NCBI GenBank assembly: GCA_038087875.1
Contig: JAXLNO010000511.1
Location: forward strand, 124,001 to 188,000
Direction: 5' to 3'
Source: Malacoraja senta
Taxonomy: Eukaryota
Length of the DNA stretch: 64,000 bases
The notes under the pieces are model-generated. The model worked only from the letters and a program-made list of their open reading frames with translations. It was not told the origin of the DNA and did no database searches. Shown here piece after piece: positions 25,401 to 38,900 of the stretch. Each line of letters begins with the position of its first letter. Position 1 is the stretch's first letter. The position numbers and the translations under genes were made by a program.

Positions 25401-27800
25401 ATAACGTGCTGTATTTTTGACACTTTTTGCATGCTGAATTTTCATCGCCTTTCGCGTGCTTCATTTTCATCGCCTTTTGCGTGCTTCATTTTTTAAATCA
25501 ATTTTCGCATTCTGAATTTACGTCTCTTTTCGTGTGCTGAATTTTCGTCACTTTTCACGTTCTGAAATTCCGTCACTTTTCGCGTGCTGAATTTTCGTCG
25601 CTTTTCGCGTGCTGAATTTTTGTCGCTTTTCGCATGCTGAATTTTCGTCGCTTTTCTCTTTCTGAAATTTCCTTACTTTTCGCGTGCTGAATTTAAGTCG
25701 CTTTTCGCGTCCTGGTTCATCACTTTTGTCATGCTGAGTTTTCATCACTTTTCGCAGGCTGAGTTTTCGTCGCTTTTCACGTGCTGAAGGTTCATCATTT
25801 TTGACGTGCTGAATTTTCATCGCTTTTCGCTGGCTGAATTTTCGTCGCTTTTCATGTACTTAAATTTTGTCGCTTTGCACGTGCAGAAATTTTCTTTGCT
25901 TTATGTGTCCCGATGTTTTGTTGCTTTTCATGTCCTGAATTTACGTTGCTTTTTGTGTGCTTCATTTTCATCACTTTTCGTGTGCTTCATTTTCATCAGT
26001 TTTCACATACTGAAGGTTCGTCGTTTTTAGCATGCTAAATTTTTGTCGCTTTTCCCATGATTCATTTTCATCGCTTTTCGCATCCTGAAGGTTCGTCGTT
26101 TTTAGCATGCAAAATTTTTGTCGCTTTTCCCATGCTTCATTTTCATCACTTTGCGCGTCCTGAAGTTTCGTCACTTTTTGCATGCTCAAGTTTCGTCGCT
26201 TTTCGCATCCTGAAATTACTTTGCTTTGCGTGTGCTGAATTTTCGGCGCTTTTCGCGTGCTTCATTTTCATTACTTTTCGCAAACTGGTTCTTTGGTTTT
26301 ACCACGCTAAATTTTCGTAGCTTTTCCCTAGCTTCATTTTCATCACTTTTCGCATCCTGAAATTTCGTCACTTTTCGCGTCCTGAATTTACGTCGCTTTT
26401 CGTGTGCTGAATTTTCGTCGCTTTATGCGTGCTTCATTTTCATCACTTTTCGCATACTGAAAGTTCGTCGCATTTAGCATTCTAAATTTTCATCACTTTT
26501 CCCGTGCTTCATTTTCATCGCTTTCGCATCCTGAAGTTTCGTCCTGAATTTTGTCACTTTTCGCATACTGAAGTTTCGTCACTTTTCGCATGCTGAATAT
26601 TCGTCGCTTTTCACATGCTGAATTTTCACCGCCTTTCGCGTGCTTCATTTTCATCACTTTTTGCATTCTGAAGTTTCGTCGCTTTTCGCATGCTGAAGTT
26701 TTGTCACTTTTTGCGTCCTGAATTTACGGCGCTTTTCGTGTGCTGAATTTTCGGCGCTTTTCGCGTGCTTCATTTTTTATCACTTTTCGCATAGTAAACG
26801 TTTTCATATGCTGAATTTTTATCGCTTTGCGCAGGCTGATATTTCGTCGATTTTCCCGTGCTTCAATTTCATCGCTTTTTGCCTCCTGAAGGTTCGTCAC
26901 TTTTCGCGTGCTGAATTTTTGTCACTTTACGCATGCTGAATTTTCATTGCCTTTCACGTGCTTCATATTCATCGCCTTTCGCGTGCTTCATTTTCATCAC
27001 TTTGCGCGTCCTGAAGTTTCGTCGCTTTTCGCGTCCTGCATTTACGTCGCTTTTCGTGTGCTGAATTTTCGTCGCTTTATGCGTGCTTCATTTTCATCAC
27101 TTTTCGCATACTGAAAGTTCGTCGCATTTCGCATTCTAAATATTCATCACTTTTCCCGTGCTTCATTTTCATCGCTTTCACATCCTGAACGTTCGTCGCT
27201 TTTCACGTGCTGTATTTTCACTTTTCGCATGCTGAATATTCGTCGCTTTTCGCGTGCTGAATTTTTGTTGCATTTACCATGCTAAATTTTCGTCGCTTTT
27301 CCCATGCTTCATTTTCATCGCATTTCGCATCCTGAAGTTTCGTCGCTTTTTGCGTCCTGAATTTACGTCGCTTTCCGTGTGCTGAATTTTCGTCACATTT
27401 TGCGTGCTTCATTTTGTCACTTTTCGCATACTGAAGGCTCGTCGCTTTTAGCATGCTAAATTTTCGTTGCTTTTCCCGTGCTTCATTTCATCGCTTTCGC
27501 ATCCTGAAGGTTCGTCGCTTTTCAAGTGCTGTATTTTCGTCGCTTTTTGCATGCTGAATATTCGTCGCTTTTCACATGCTGAATTTTCATCGCCTTTCGC
27601 GTGCTTCATTTTCATCACTTTTTGCATCCTGAAGTTTCGTCGCTTTTCGCATGCTGAAGTTTTGTCACTTTTTGCATCCTGAATTTACGGCGCTTTTCGT
27701 GTGCTGAATTCTCGGCGCTTTTCGCGTGCTTCATTTTTATCACTTTTCGCATAGTAAACGTCCGTCGCTTTTAGCATGCTAAATTTTCGTCACTTTTCTC
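9430..27800. repeat. Higher-order repeat domain 1: ~3.2-3.3-kb unit, about six copies, two internally deleted
   Basis: Marker TACTACAATTCC at 9526, 12833, 15572, 18804, 22093, 24624 (spacings 3307, 2739, 3232, 3289, 2531). Matching ORF series at 11828, 14567, 17799, 21087, 23618, 26908. Confidence 0.92.
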
Positions 27801-30800
27801 GTGCTTCATTTTCATCGCTTTCGTATCCTGAAGGTTCGTCGCTTTTCGCGTGCTGTATTTTCGTCACTTTTCGCATGCTGAATATTTGTCGCTTTTCGCG
27901 TGCTGAATGTTTGTCGCTTTTCGCAAGCTGAATTTTCATCGCTTTTTCCGTGATTCATTTTCATCGCTTTTCATGTCCTGAAGGTTCGTCACTCTTCACA
28001 TGCTGAAGTTTCGTCGCTTTTCGCATGCTGAAGTTTCGTTGCATTTCACCTGCTGAATTTCCCTCACTTTTCACGTGCTGAATTTTCATCGATTTTTGTG
28101 TCCTGAAAGCTCGTCGCTTTTCGCATCATGAATTTACGTCGCTATTCATGTGCTGAATTATCGTTGCTTTTCCCGTGTTTCATTTTCATCACTTTTCGCA
28201 TACTGAAGGTTCGTCGCTTTTCGCATGCTGAATTTTCGTCGCTTTTCCAGTGCTTCATTTTCATCGCTTTTCACGTCCTGAATGTCCGTCGCTTTTCGCA
28301 TGCTGATTTTTCGTTGATTTTCGCATGCTGAATTTTCATCACTTTTCGCGTGCTGAATTTTCATCGCTTTTCGCATCCTGAAGGTTCATCAGTTTCGCGT
28401 GCTGAATTTTCATCGCTTTTCACAGGCTGTTTTCGTCGCTTTTCACGTGCTGTATTTTTGTCACTTTTCGCATGCTGAATTTTCATTGCTTTTCACCTGC
28501 TGAAGTTTCGTCGCTTTTTGCATGCTGAAGTTTCGTCGCTTTTCGCGACCTGAATTTACGTCGCTTTTCGTGTGCTGAATTTTCGTCGCTTTTCGCGTGC
28601 TTCATTTTCATCACTTTTCCCATACTGGGTTCGTTGCTTTTAGCATGGTAAATTTACGTCGATTTTCCTGTACTTCATTTTCATCGCTTTTCGCATCATG
28701 AGGGTTCGTTGCTTTTCATGATGACTTCGTCGATTTTTGCATGCTGAATTTCCGTTGCTTTTCGCGTGCTGAATTTTCGTCGCTGGCTGAATTTTCCTCG
28801 CTTTTCATGTGCTGAAATTTTGTCGCTTTGCACGTGCTGAGATTTTCGTCACTTTATGTGTCCCGATGTTTTGTTGCTTTTTGCATCCTCAATTTACGTC
28901 GCTTTTTGTGTGCTGAATTTTTGTAGATTTTCGCATGCTGAATTTTCGTCACTTTTTGCGTGCTGTATTTTCGTCACTTTTCACGTTCTGAAATTTCGTC
29001 ACTTTTCGCATGCTAAATTTTCGGCACTTTTCGTGTGCTGAATATTTGTCGTTTTTCACGTGATGAATTTTCGTCACTTTTTGCATCCTGAAGATTCGTC
29101 GCATTTCGACTGCTGAAGTTTGCTCACTTTTCGCGTGCTGAATTTTCCTCGATTTTTGTGTCCTGAAAGCTCGTCAATTTTCATGTCCTGAATTTTTATC
29201 GCTTTGTGCAGGCTGATTTTTTGTCGATTTTCGTGTGCTGAAATTTTGTCACTTTTCACGTCCTGAAATATCGTTGCTTTATTTGTGCAGAATTTTTGTC
29301 GCTTTTCACATGCTGATATTTTGGTCGTTTTTCACATGCTTCATTTTCATCACTTTTCGTGTGCTTCATTTTCATCACTTTTCACATACTGAAGATTCGT
29401 CGCTTTTAGCATGCTAAATTTTCGTCGCTTTTCCCATGCTTCATTTTCATTGCTTTTCGCATCCTGAAGGTTCGTCGCTTTTTACATGCTGAATTTTCGT
29501 TGATTTTCGCATGCTGAATTTTCGTCGTTTTCACGTGCTGAATTTTTGTCGCTTTTCTCGTTCTGAAATTTCGTCACTTTTTGCGTGCTGAATTTTCGTC
29601 GGTTTTCTCGTGCTGAAGGTTCATCATTTTTGACGTGCTGAATTTTTATCGCTTTTCACTGGCTGAATTTTCGTCGCTTTTCATGTGCTGAAATTTTGTC
29701 GCTTTGCATGTGCTGAGATTTGCGTCGCTTTATGTGTCCCGATGTTTTGTTGCTTTTCGCGTCCTGAATTTACGTTGATTTTTGTGTGCTGAATTTTCAT
29801 CGCTTTTTGCATTCAGTATTTTTGTAGATTTTCGCAAGCTAAATTTTCGTCACTTTTCACGTGCTGAATTTTCCTCGCTTTTCACGTTCTGAAATGTCAT
29901 CACTTTTTGCATGCTGAATTTTCGTCGTTTTTTGCATGCTGAATTTTTGTCGCTTTTCGCGTTGAATTTTCGTCGCTTTTCGCATCCTGAAGATTCGTTG
30001 CATTTCGCCTGCTAAATTTTCCTCACTTTTCGCGTGCTGAATTTTCGTCGATTTTCGTGTCCTGAAAGCTCTTCGCTTTTCATATTCTGCATTTTTATCA
30101 CTTTGCGCAGGCTGATATTTCATCGATTTTCCCGTGCTTCAATTTCATCACTTTTTGCATTCTGAAGGTTCGTCACTTGTCGCGTGCTGAATTTTTGTCA
30201 CTTTACGCATGCTGAAATTTCGTCGCCTTTCACGTGCTTCATTTTCATCGCCTTTCGCGTGCTTCATTTTCATCACTTTGCACGTCCTGAAGTTTCATCG
30301 CTTTTTGCATTCTCAAGTTTCGTCGCTTTTCTCGTCCTGAAATTACTTTGCTTTGCGTGTGCTGAATTTTCGTCGCTTTTTCCATGCTTGATTTTCATCA
30401 CTTTTCACATACTGAAGGTTCGTTGCTTCTACCATGCTAAATTTTCGTAGCTTTTCCCTAGTTTCATTTTTCATCGCTTTTCGCATCCTGAAGTTTCGTC
30501 ACTTTTAGCGTCCTGAATTTACGTTGCTTTTCGTGTGCTGAATTTTCGTCACTGTATGCGTGCTTCATTTTCATCACTTTTCGCATACTGAGTCCGTCGC
30601 TTTTACCATGCTAAATTTTCGTCGCTTTTCCCATGCTTCATTTTCATCGCTTTCGCATCCTGAACGTTCGTCGCTTTTCGCATGCTGAATTATTGTCGCT
30701 TTTCGCAAGCTGAATTTTCATCGCTTTTCCCGTGTTTCATTTTCATCGCTTTTCGTGTCCTGAAGGTTCGTCACTTTTTGCGTGCCGAATTTTTGTCACT

Positions 30801-33800
30801 TTTCGAATGCGGAATTTTCATCGCCTTTCGCGTGCTTCATTTTCATTGCCTTTCGCGTGCTTCATTTTATCCCTTTTCGCGTCCTGAAGTTTCGTCGCTT
30901 TTCATGTCCTGAATTTACTTCGCTTTTCCCGTGCTTCATTTTCATCGCTTTCGTATCCTGAAGGTTCGTCGCTTTTCACGTACTGTATTTTCGTCACTTT
31001 TCGCATGCTGAATATTCGTCGCTTTTCGCGTGCTGAATTTTTGTCGCTTTTCGCAATCTGAATTTTCATCGCATTTCCTGTGCTTCATTTTCATCGCTTT
31101 TCGTGTCCTGAAGGTTCGTCACTTTTCGCGTGCTGAATTTTTGTCACTTTTCGAATGCTGAATTTTCATCGCCTTTCACGTGCTTCATTTTCATTGCCTT
31201 TCGCGTGCTTCATTTTCATCACTTTTCACGTCCTGAAGTTTCGTCGCTTATCGTGTCCTGAATTTACTTCGCTTTTCCCGTGCTTCATTTTCATCGCTTT
31301 TCGCATCCTGAAGTTTCGTCTCTTTTCGCGTTCTGAAAGCTCGTCACTTTTCATGTGCTGAATTTTTATCGCTTTCCACAGGCAGATTTTTCGTCGATTT
31401 CCCTGTGCTTCATTTTCATCGCTTTTCGCGTCCTGAAGGTTCGTCGCTTTTTACATGCTGAATTTTCATCGATTTTCGCATGCTGAATTTTCGGCGCTTT
31501 TCGCGTGTTGAATTTTTGTTGCTTTTCTCGTTCTGAAATTTCATCACTTTTCGCGTGCTGAATTATCGTAGCTTTTCACGTGCTGAAGGTTCATCATTTT
31601 TGACGTGCTGAATTTTCATCGCCTTTCACTGGCTGAAATTTCGTCGCTTTTCATGTGCTGAAATTTTGTCGCTTTGCACGTGCTGAGATTTGTGTCGCTT
31701 TATGTGTCCCGATGTTTTGTTGCTTTTCGCGTCCTGAATTTACATTGATTTTTGTGTGCTGAATTGTCATCGCTTTTTGAATGCTGTATTTTTGTAGATT
31801 TTCGTATGCTAAATTTTCGTCGCTTTTCACGTTCTGAAATGTCATCACTTTTTGCTTGCTGATTTTTCGTCGCTTTTTGCGTGCTGAATTTTCGTCGCTT
31901 TTCGCATCCTGAAGATTCGTTGCATTTCGCCTGCTGAATTTTCCTCACTTTTCGCGTGATGAATTTTCGTCAATTTTTGTGTCCTGAAAGCTCTTCACTT
32001 TTCATATGCTGAATTTTTATCGCTTTGCGCAGGCTAATATTTTGTCGATTTTCTCGTGCTTCAATTTCATCGCTTTTCGCATCCCGAAGGTTCGTCACTT
32101 TCGCGTGCTGAATTTTTGTCACGCTACGCATGCTGAATTTTCGTCGCCTTTCACGTTCTTCATTTTCATCGCCTTTCGCGTGCTTCATTTTCATCACTTT
32201 TCACATCCTGAAGTTTCGTCGCTTATCGTGTCCTGAATTTACTTAGCTTTTCGTGTGCTGAATTTCCATCGCTTTTCGCGAGCTTCATTTTCATCACTTT
32301 TCGCATACTGGAGGTTCGTCGCTTTTACCATGCTAAATTTTCGTCGCTTTTCCCGTGCTTCATTTTCATCGCTTTTCGCATCCTGAAGTTTCGTCGATTT
32401 TAGCGTCCTGAAATTACGTCGCTTTTCGTGTGCTGAATTTTCATCGCTTTTTGCATGCTGTATTTTTGTAGATTTTCGCATGCTGAAAGATCGTCACTTT
32501 TCATGTGCTGAATTATTATCGCTTTCCACAGGCAGATTTTTCGTCGATTTCTCCGTGCTTCATTTTCATTGCTTTTCGCGTCCTGAAGGTTCGTCGCTTT
32601 GTACATGCTGAATTTTCGTCGATTTTCGCATGCTGAATTTTCGGCGCGTTTCACATGTTGAATTTTTGTCACTTTTCTTGTTCTGAAATGTCATCACTTT
32701 TCGCGTGCTGAATTGTCGTAGCTTTTCACGTGCCGAAGGTTCATCATTTTTGATGTGCTGAATTTTCATCGCCTTTCGCTGGCTGAAATTTCGTCGCTTT
32801 TCATGTGCTGAAATTTTGTCGCTTTGCACGTGCTGAGATTTGCGTCGCTTTATGTGTCCCGATGTTTTGTTGCTTTTCGCATCCTGAATTTACATTGATT
32901 TTTGTGTGCTGAATCGTCATCGCTTTTTGAATGCTGTATTTTTGTGGATTTTCGCATGCAAAATTTTCGTCACTTTTCGCGTGCTGAATATTCGTCGCTT
33001 TTCACGTTCTGAAATGTCATCACTTTTTGCATGCTGATTTTTCGTCGCTTTTTGCGTGCTGAATTTTTGTCGCTTTTTGTTTGTTGAAATTTCGTCGCTT
33101 TTCGCATCCTGAAGATTCGTTGCATTTCGCCTGCTGAACTTTCCTCACTTTTCGCGTGCTGAATTTTCGTCGAAAAGTGACAACATTTCTTCAGAAGCTC
33201 TTCACTTTTCATATGCTGAATTTTTATCGCTTTGCGCAGGCTGATATTTTGTCGATTTTCCCGTGCTTCAATTTCATCTCTTTTCACATCCCGAACGTTC
33301 GTCACTTTCGCGTGCTGAATTGTTGTCACTGTACGCATGCTGAATTTCCGTCGCCTTTCACGTCCTTCATTTTCATCGCCTTTCGCATGCTTCATTTTCA
33401 TCACTTTTCACGTCCTGAAGTTTCGTCGCTTATCATGTCCTGAATTTACTTCGCTTTTCGTGTGCTGAATTTCCATCGTTTTTCGCGAGCTTCATTTTCA
33501 TCACTTTTCGCATGCTTCATTTTCATCACTTTTCGCATACTGAAGTTTCGTCGCTTTTTACATGCTGAATTTTCGTCGATTTTCGCATGCTGAATTTTCG
33601 GCGCTTTTCGCGTGTTGAATTTTCATTACTTTTCGCATACTGGTTCTTTGCTTTTACCACGCTAAATTTTCGTAGCTTTTCCCTAGCTTCATTTTCATCA
33701 CTTTTCGCATCCTGAAATTTCGTCGCTTTTCGCGTCCTGAATTTACGTCGCTTTTCGTGTGCTGAATTTCCGTCGCTTTATGCGTGCTTCATTTTCATCA

Positions 33801-35999
33801 CTTTTCGCATACTGAAAGTTCGTCACATTTAGCATTCTAAATTTTCGTCACTTTTCCCATGCTTCATTTTCATCGCTTTCGCATCCTGAACGTTCGTCGC
33901 TTTTCACGTGCTGTATTTTTACTTTTCGCATGCTGAATATTCGTCGCTTTTCGCATGCTGAAATTTTGTCGCTTTTCGCAATCTGAATTTTCATCGCTTT
34001 TCCTGTGCTTCATTTTCATCGCTTTTCATGTCACTTTTCGCGTGCTGAATTTTTGTCACTTTTCGAATGCCGAATTTTCATCGCCTTTCGCCTGCTTCAT
34101 TTTCATTGCCTTTCGCGTGCTTCATTTTCATCACTTTTCACGTCCTGAAGGTTCGTCGCCTTTCACGTGCTGTATTTTCATCACTTTTCGCATACTGAAT
34201 TTTTCGTGTCCTGAGAGCTCGTCACTTTTCATGTGCTATATTTTTATCGCTTTGCTCAGGCTGATTTTTCGGCGATTTTAGTGTGCTGAAAGTTCATCAT
34301 TTTTGACGTGCTGAATTTTCATCGCTTTTCGCTGGCTGAATTTTCGTCGCTTTTCATGTACTTACATTTTGTCGCTTTGCACGTGCTGAGATTTTCTTCG
34401 CTTTACGTGTCCCGATGTTTTGTTGCTTTTCATGTCCTGAATTTACGTCGCTTTTTGTGTGCTGAATTTTCATCGCTTTTTGCATGCTGTTTTTTTGTAG
34501 ATTTTCGCATGCTGAATTTTCGTCACTTTTCGTCTGCTGAAAGTTCGTCACTTTTCATGTGCTGAATTTTTATCGCTTTGCGCAGGCTGATTTTTCGTCG
34601 ATTTTCCCATGCTTCATTTTCATCGCTTTTCGTGTCCTGAAGGTTCATCACTTTTCGCGTGCTGAATTTTTGTCACTTTTCGCATGCTGAATTTTCGTCG
34701 CCTTTCCATGCTTCATTTTCATCACTTCGTGTGCTTCATGTTCATCACTTTTCGCGTCCTGAAGGTTCGTCGCTTTTCGCATGCTGAAGTTTCGTCAATT
34801 TTCGCGTCCTGAATTAACGTCGCTTTTCGTGTGCTGAATTTTCGTCGCTTTTCACGTTCTGAAATTTCCTCACTTTTCGCATGCTGAATTTTCGTCACTT
34901 TTTGCGTGCTGAATTTTTGTCGCTTTTCGCAAGCTGAATTGTCGTCGCTTTTCCCGTGCTGAATTTTCGTCGCTTTTCTCTTTCTGAAATTTCCATTACT
35001 TTTCGCGTGCTGAATTTACGTCGCTTTTCGCGTCCTGGTTCATCACTTTTGTCGTGCTGAATTTTCATCACTTTTTGCAGGCTGAGTTTTCGTCGCTTTT
35101 CACGTGCTGAAGGTTCATCATTTTTGACGTGCTGAATTTTCTTCGCTTATCCTGTGCTTCATTTTCATTACTTTTCGTGTCCTGAAAGCTCTTCACTTTT
35201 CATATGCTGAATTTTTATCGCCTTGCGCAGGCTGATATTTCGTCAATTTTCCCGTGCTTCAATTTCATCGCTTTTCGCATCCTGAAGGTTCGTCACTTTT
35301 CGCGTGCTGAATTTTTGTCACTTTACGCATGCTGAATTTTCGTTGCCTTTCACGTGCTTCATTTTCATTGCCTTTCGCGTGCTTCATTTTCACAACTTTG
35401 CGCGTCCTGAAGTTTCGTCGCTTTTTGCATGCTCAAGTTTCGTCGCTTTTCACATCCTGAAATTATTTTGCTTTGCGTGTGCTGAATTTTCGTCGCTTTT
35501 CACGTGCTTCATTTTCATTACTTTTCGCATACTGGTTCTTTGCTTTTACCATGCTAAATTTTCGTAGCTTTTCCCTAGCTTTCATGTGCTGAATACTTTT
35601 CGCATGCTGAATATTCGTCGCTTTTCCCGTGCTGAATTTTTGTGCTTTTCGCATGCTGAATTTTCGTCGCTTTTCCTGTGCTGAATTTTTGTCGCTTTTC
35701 GCATGCTGAATTGTCGTCGCTTTTCCCGTACTGAATTTTCGTCGCTTTTCTCTTTCTGAAATTTCCTTACTTTTCGAGTGCTGAATTTTCGTCGCTTTTT
35801 GCGTCCTGGTTCATCACTTTTGTCGTGCTGAATTTTCATCACATTTCGCAGGCTGTTGACATCGATTTTCATGTGCTGATTTTCATCGATTTTGTCGCTT
35901 TTCGCGTGTTGAATTTTCGTCGCTTTTCGCATCCTGAAGATTCGTTGCATTTCGCCTGCTGAATTTTCCTCACTTTTCGCGTGCTGAATTTTTGTCGCT

Positions 36000-38900
36000 T
36001 TTCGTAATCTGAATTGTCATCGCTTTTCCTGTGCTTCATTTTCACTGCTTTTCATGTCCTGAAGTCACTTTTCGCGTGCTGAATTTTGTCACTTTTCGAA
36101 TGCAGAATTTTAATCGCCTTTCGCGTGCTTCATTTTCATTGCCTTTCACATGCTTTATTTTCATAATTTTTCACTTCCTGAAGTTTCGTCGCTTATCGTG
36201 TCCTGAATTTACTTAGCTTTTCGTGTGCTGAATTTCTGTCGCTTTTCGCGAGCTTCATTTTCATCACTTTTCGCGTGCTTCATTTTCATCACTTTTCGGA
36301 TACGGGTTCGTCGCGTTTACCATGCTAAATTTTCGTCGCTTTTTCCGTGCTTCATTTTCATCGCTTTTCGCATCCTGAAGTTTCGTCGCTTTTCGCGTCC
36401 TGAATTTTCGTCGATTTCGTAATCTGAATTGTCATCGCTTTTCCTGTGCTTCATTTTCACTGCTTTTCATGTCCTGAAGTCACTTTTCGCGTGCTGAATT
36501 TTGTCACTTTTCGAATGCAGAATTTTAATCGCCTTTCGCGTGCTTCATTTTCATTGCCTTTCACATGCTTTATTTTCATAATTTTTCACTTCCTGAAGTT
36601 TCGTCGCTTATCGTGTCCTGAATTTACTTAGCTTTTCGTGTGCTGAATTTCTGTCGCTTTTCGCGAGCTTCATTTTCATCACTTTTCGCGTGCTTCATTT
36701 TCATCACTTTTCGGATACGGGTTCGTCGCGTTTACCATGCTAAATTTTCGTCGCTTTTTCCGTGCTTCATTTTCATCGCTTTTCGCATCCTGAAGTTTCG
36801 TCGCTTTTCGCGTCCTGAATTTTCGTCGATTTTCGCATGCTGAATTTTCATCACTTTTCGCGTGCTAAATTTTCATCGCTTTTCACGTTCTGAAATTTCG
36901 TCACTTTTCACGTGCTGAATTTTCATCGCTTTTCGCGTCCTGAAGGTTCATCACTTTTGTCGTGCTGAATTTTCATCGCTTTCGCAGGCTGAGTTTTCGT
37001 TGCTTTTCACGTGCTATAGTTTTGTTACTTTTCGAATGCTGAATTTTAATCGCATTTCGCGTGCTTCATTTTCATTGCCTTTCGCATGCTTCATTTTCAT
37101 TATTTTTCACTTCCTGAAGTTTCGTCGCTTATCGTGTGCTGAATTTACTTCACTTTTCGTGTGCTGAATTTCTGTCGCTTTTCGCGAGCTTCATTTTCAT
37201 CACTTTTCGCGTGCTTCATTTTCATCACTTTTCGGATACGGGTTCGTCGCGTTTACCATGCTCAATTTTCGTCGCTTTTTCCGTGCTTCAGTTTCATCGC
37301 TTTTCGCGACTTGAATTTACGTTGCTTTTCGTGTGCTGAATTTTCGTCGCTTTTCACGTGCTTCATTTTCGTCACTTTTCGCATACTGGGTTCGTTGCTT
37401 TTAGCATGGTAAATTTACGTCGATTTTCCTGTACTTCATTTTCATCACTTTTCGCATGATGAGGGTTCGTCGCTTTTCACATGATGACTTTTCATCGCTT
37501 TTCGCATGCTGAAGTTTTGTCACTTTTCGCGTCCTGAATTTACACCGATCTTCGTGTGCTGATTTTTCGGCGCTTTACGCGTGCTTCATTTTCATCACTT
37601 TTCGCATAGTGAAAGTCGGTCGCTTTTAGCATGCTAAATTTTCATCGCTTTTCTCGTGATTCATTTTCATCGCTTTTCGTGTCCTGAAGGTTCGTCACTC
37701 TTCGCGTGCTGAAGTTTCATCGCTTTTCGAATGCTGAATTTGCGTTGCCTTTTGCGTGCTTCATTTTCATTGCCTTTCGTGTGCTTTATTTTCATCACTT
37801 TTCGCATCCTGAAGTTTTGTCGCTTTTCGCATGCTAAAGTTTCGTCGCTTTTCGCGTCCTGAATTTTCGTCGCTTTTCGCATCCTGAAGATTTGTTGCAT
37901 TTTGCCTGATGAATTTTCCTCACCTTTCGTCCATTTTGTCGCTTTACACGTGCTGAGATTTTCGTCGGTTTATGTCCCGATATTTTGTTGCTTTTCACGT
38001 CCTGATTTTACGTCACTTTTCGTGTGCTGAATTTTTGTCATTTTTCGCCTGCTGAATTTTCGTCGCTTTCCGCATCCTGAAGATTCGTCGCATTTCGCCT
38101 GCTGAATTTCCCTCACTTTTCGCGTGCTGAATTTTCATCGATTTGTGTGTCCTGAAAGCTCGTCACTTTTCATGTGCTGAATTTTTATCGCTTTGCGCAG
38201 GCTGATTTTTCGTAGACTTTCGTGTGCTGAAGTTTCGTCACTTTTCGCATCATGAATTTACGTCGCTTTTCATGTGCTAAATTATCGTTGCTTTTCGCGT
38301 GTTTCATTTTCATCACTTTTCGCATACTGAAGGTTCTTCGCTTTTCGCATGCTGAATTTTCGTCGCTTTTCAAGTGCTTCATTTTCATCGCTTTTCGCGT
38401 CCTGAAGGTTTGTCGCTTTTCGCATGCTGAATTTTCGTCGATTTTCGCATGATGAATTTTCATCACTTTTCGCGTGCTGAATTTTCATCGCTTTTCACGT
38501 TCTGAAATTTCGTCACTTTTCACGTGCTGAATTTTTATCGCTTTTCGCGTCCTGAAGGTTCATCACTTTTGTCGTGCTGAATTTTCATCGCTTTCGCAGG
38601 CTGAGTTTCCGTCGCTTTTCACGTGCTATATTTCTGTCACTTTTCACATGCTGAATTTTCGTTGCTTTTCACGTGCTGAAGTTTCGTCGCTTTTCGCATG
38701 CTGAAGTTTCGTCGCTTTTCGCGACCTGAATTTACGTCGCTTTTTGTGTGCTGAATTTTCGTCACTTTTCGCGTGCGTCATTTTCGTCACTTTTCGCATA
38801 CTGGGTTCGTTGCTTTTAGCATGGTAAATTTACGTCGCTTTTCCTGTACTTCATTTTCATTGCTTTTCGCATGATGAGGGTTCGTCGCTTTTCACATGAT

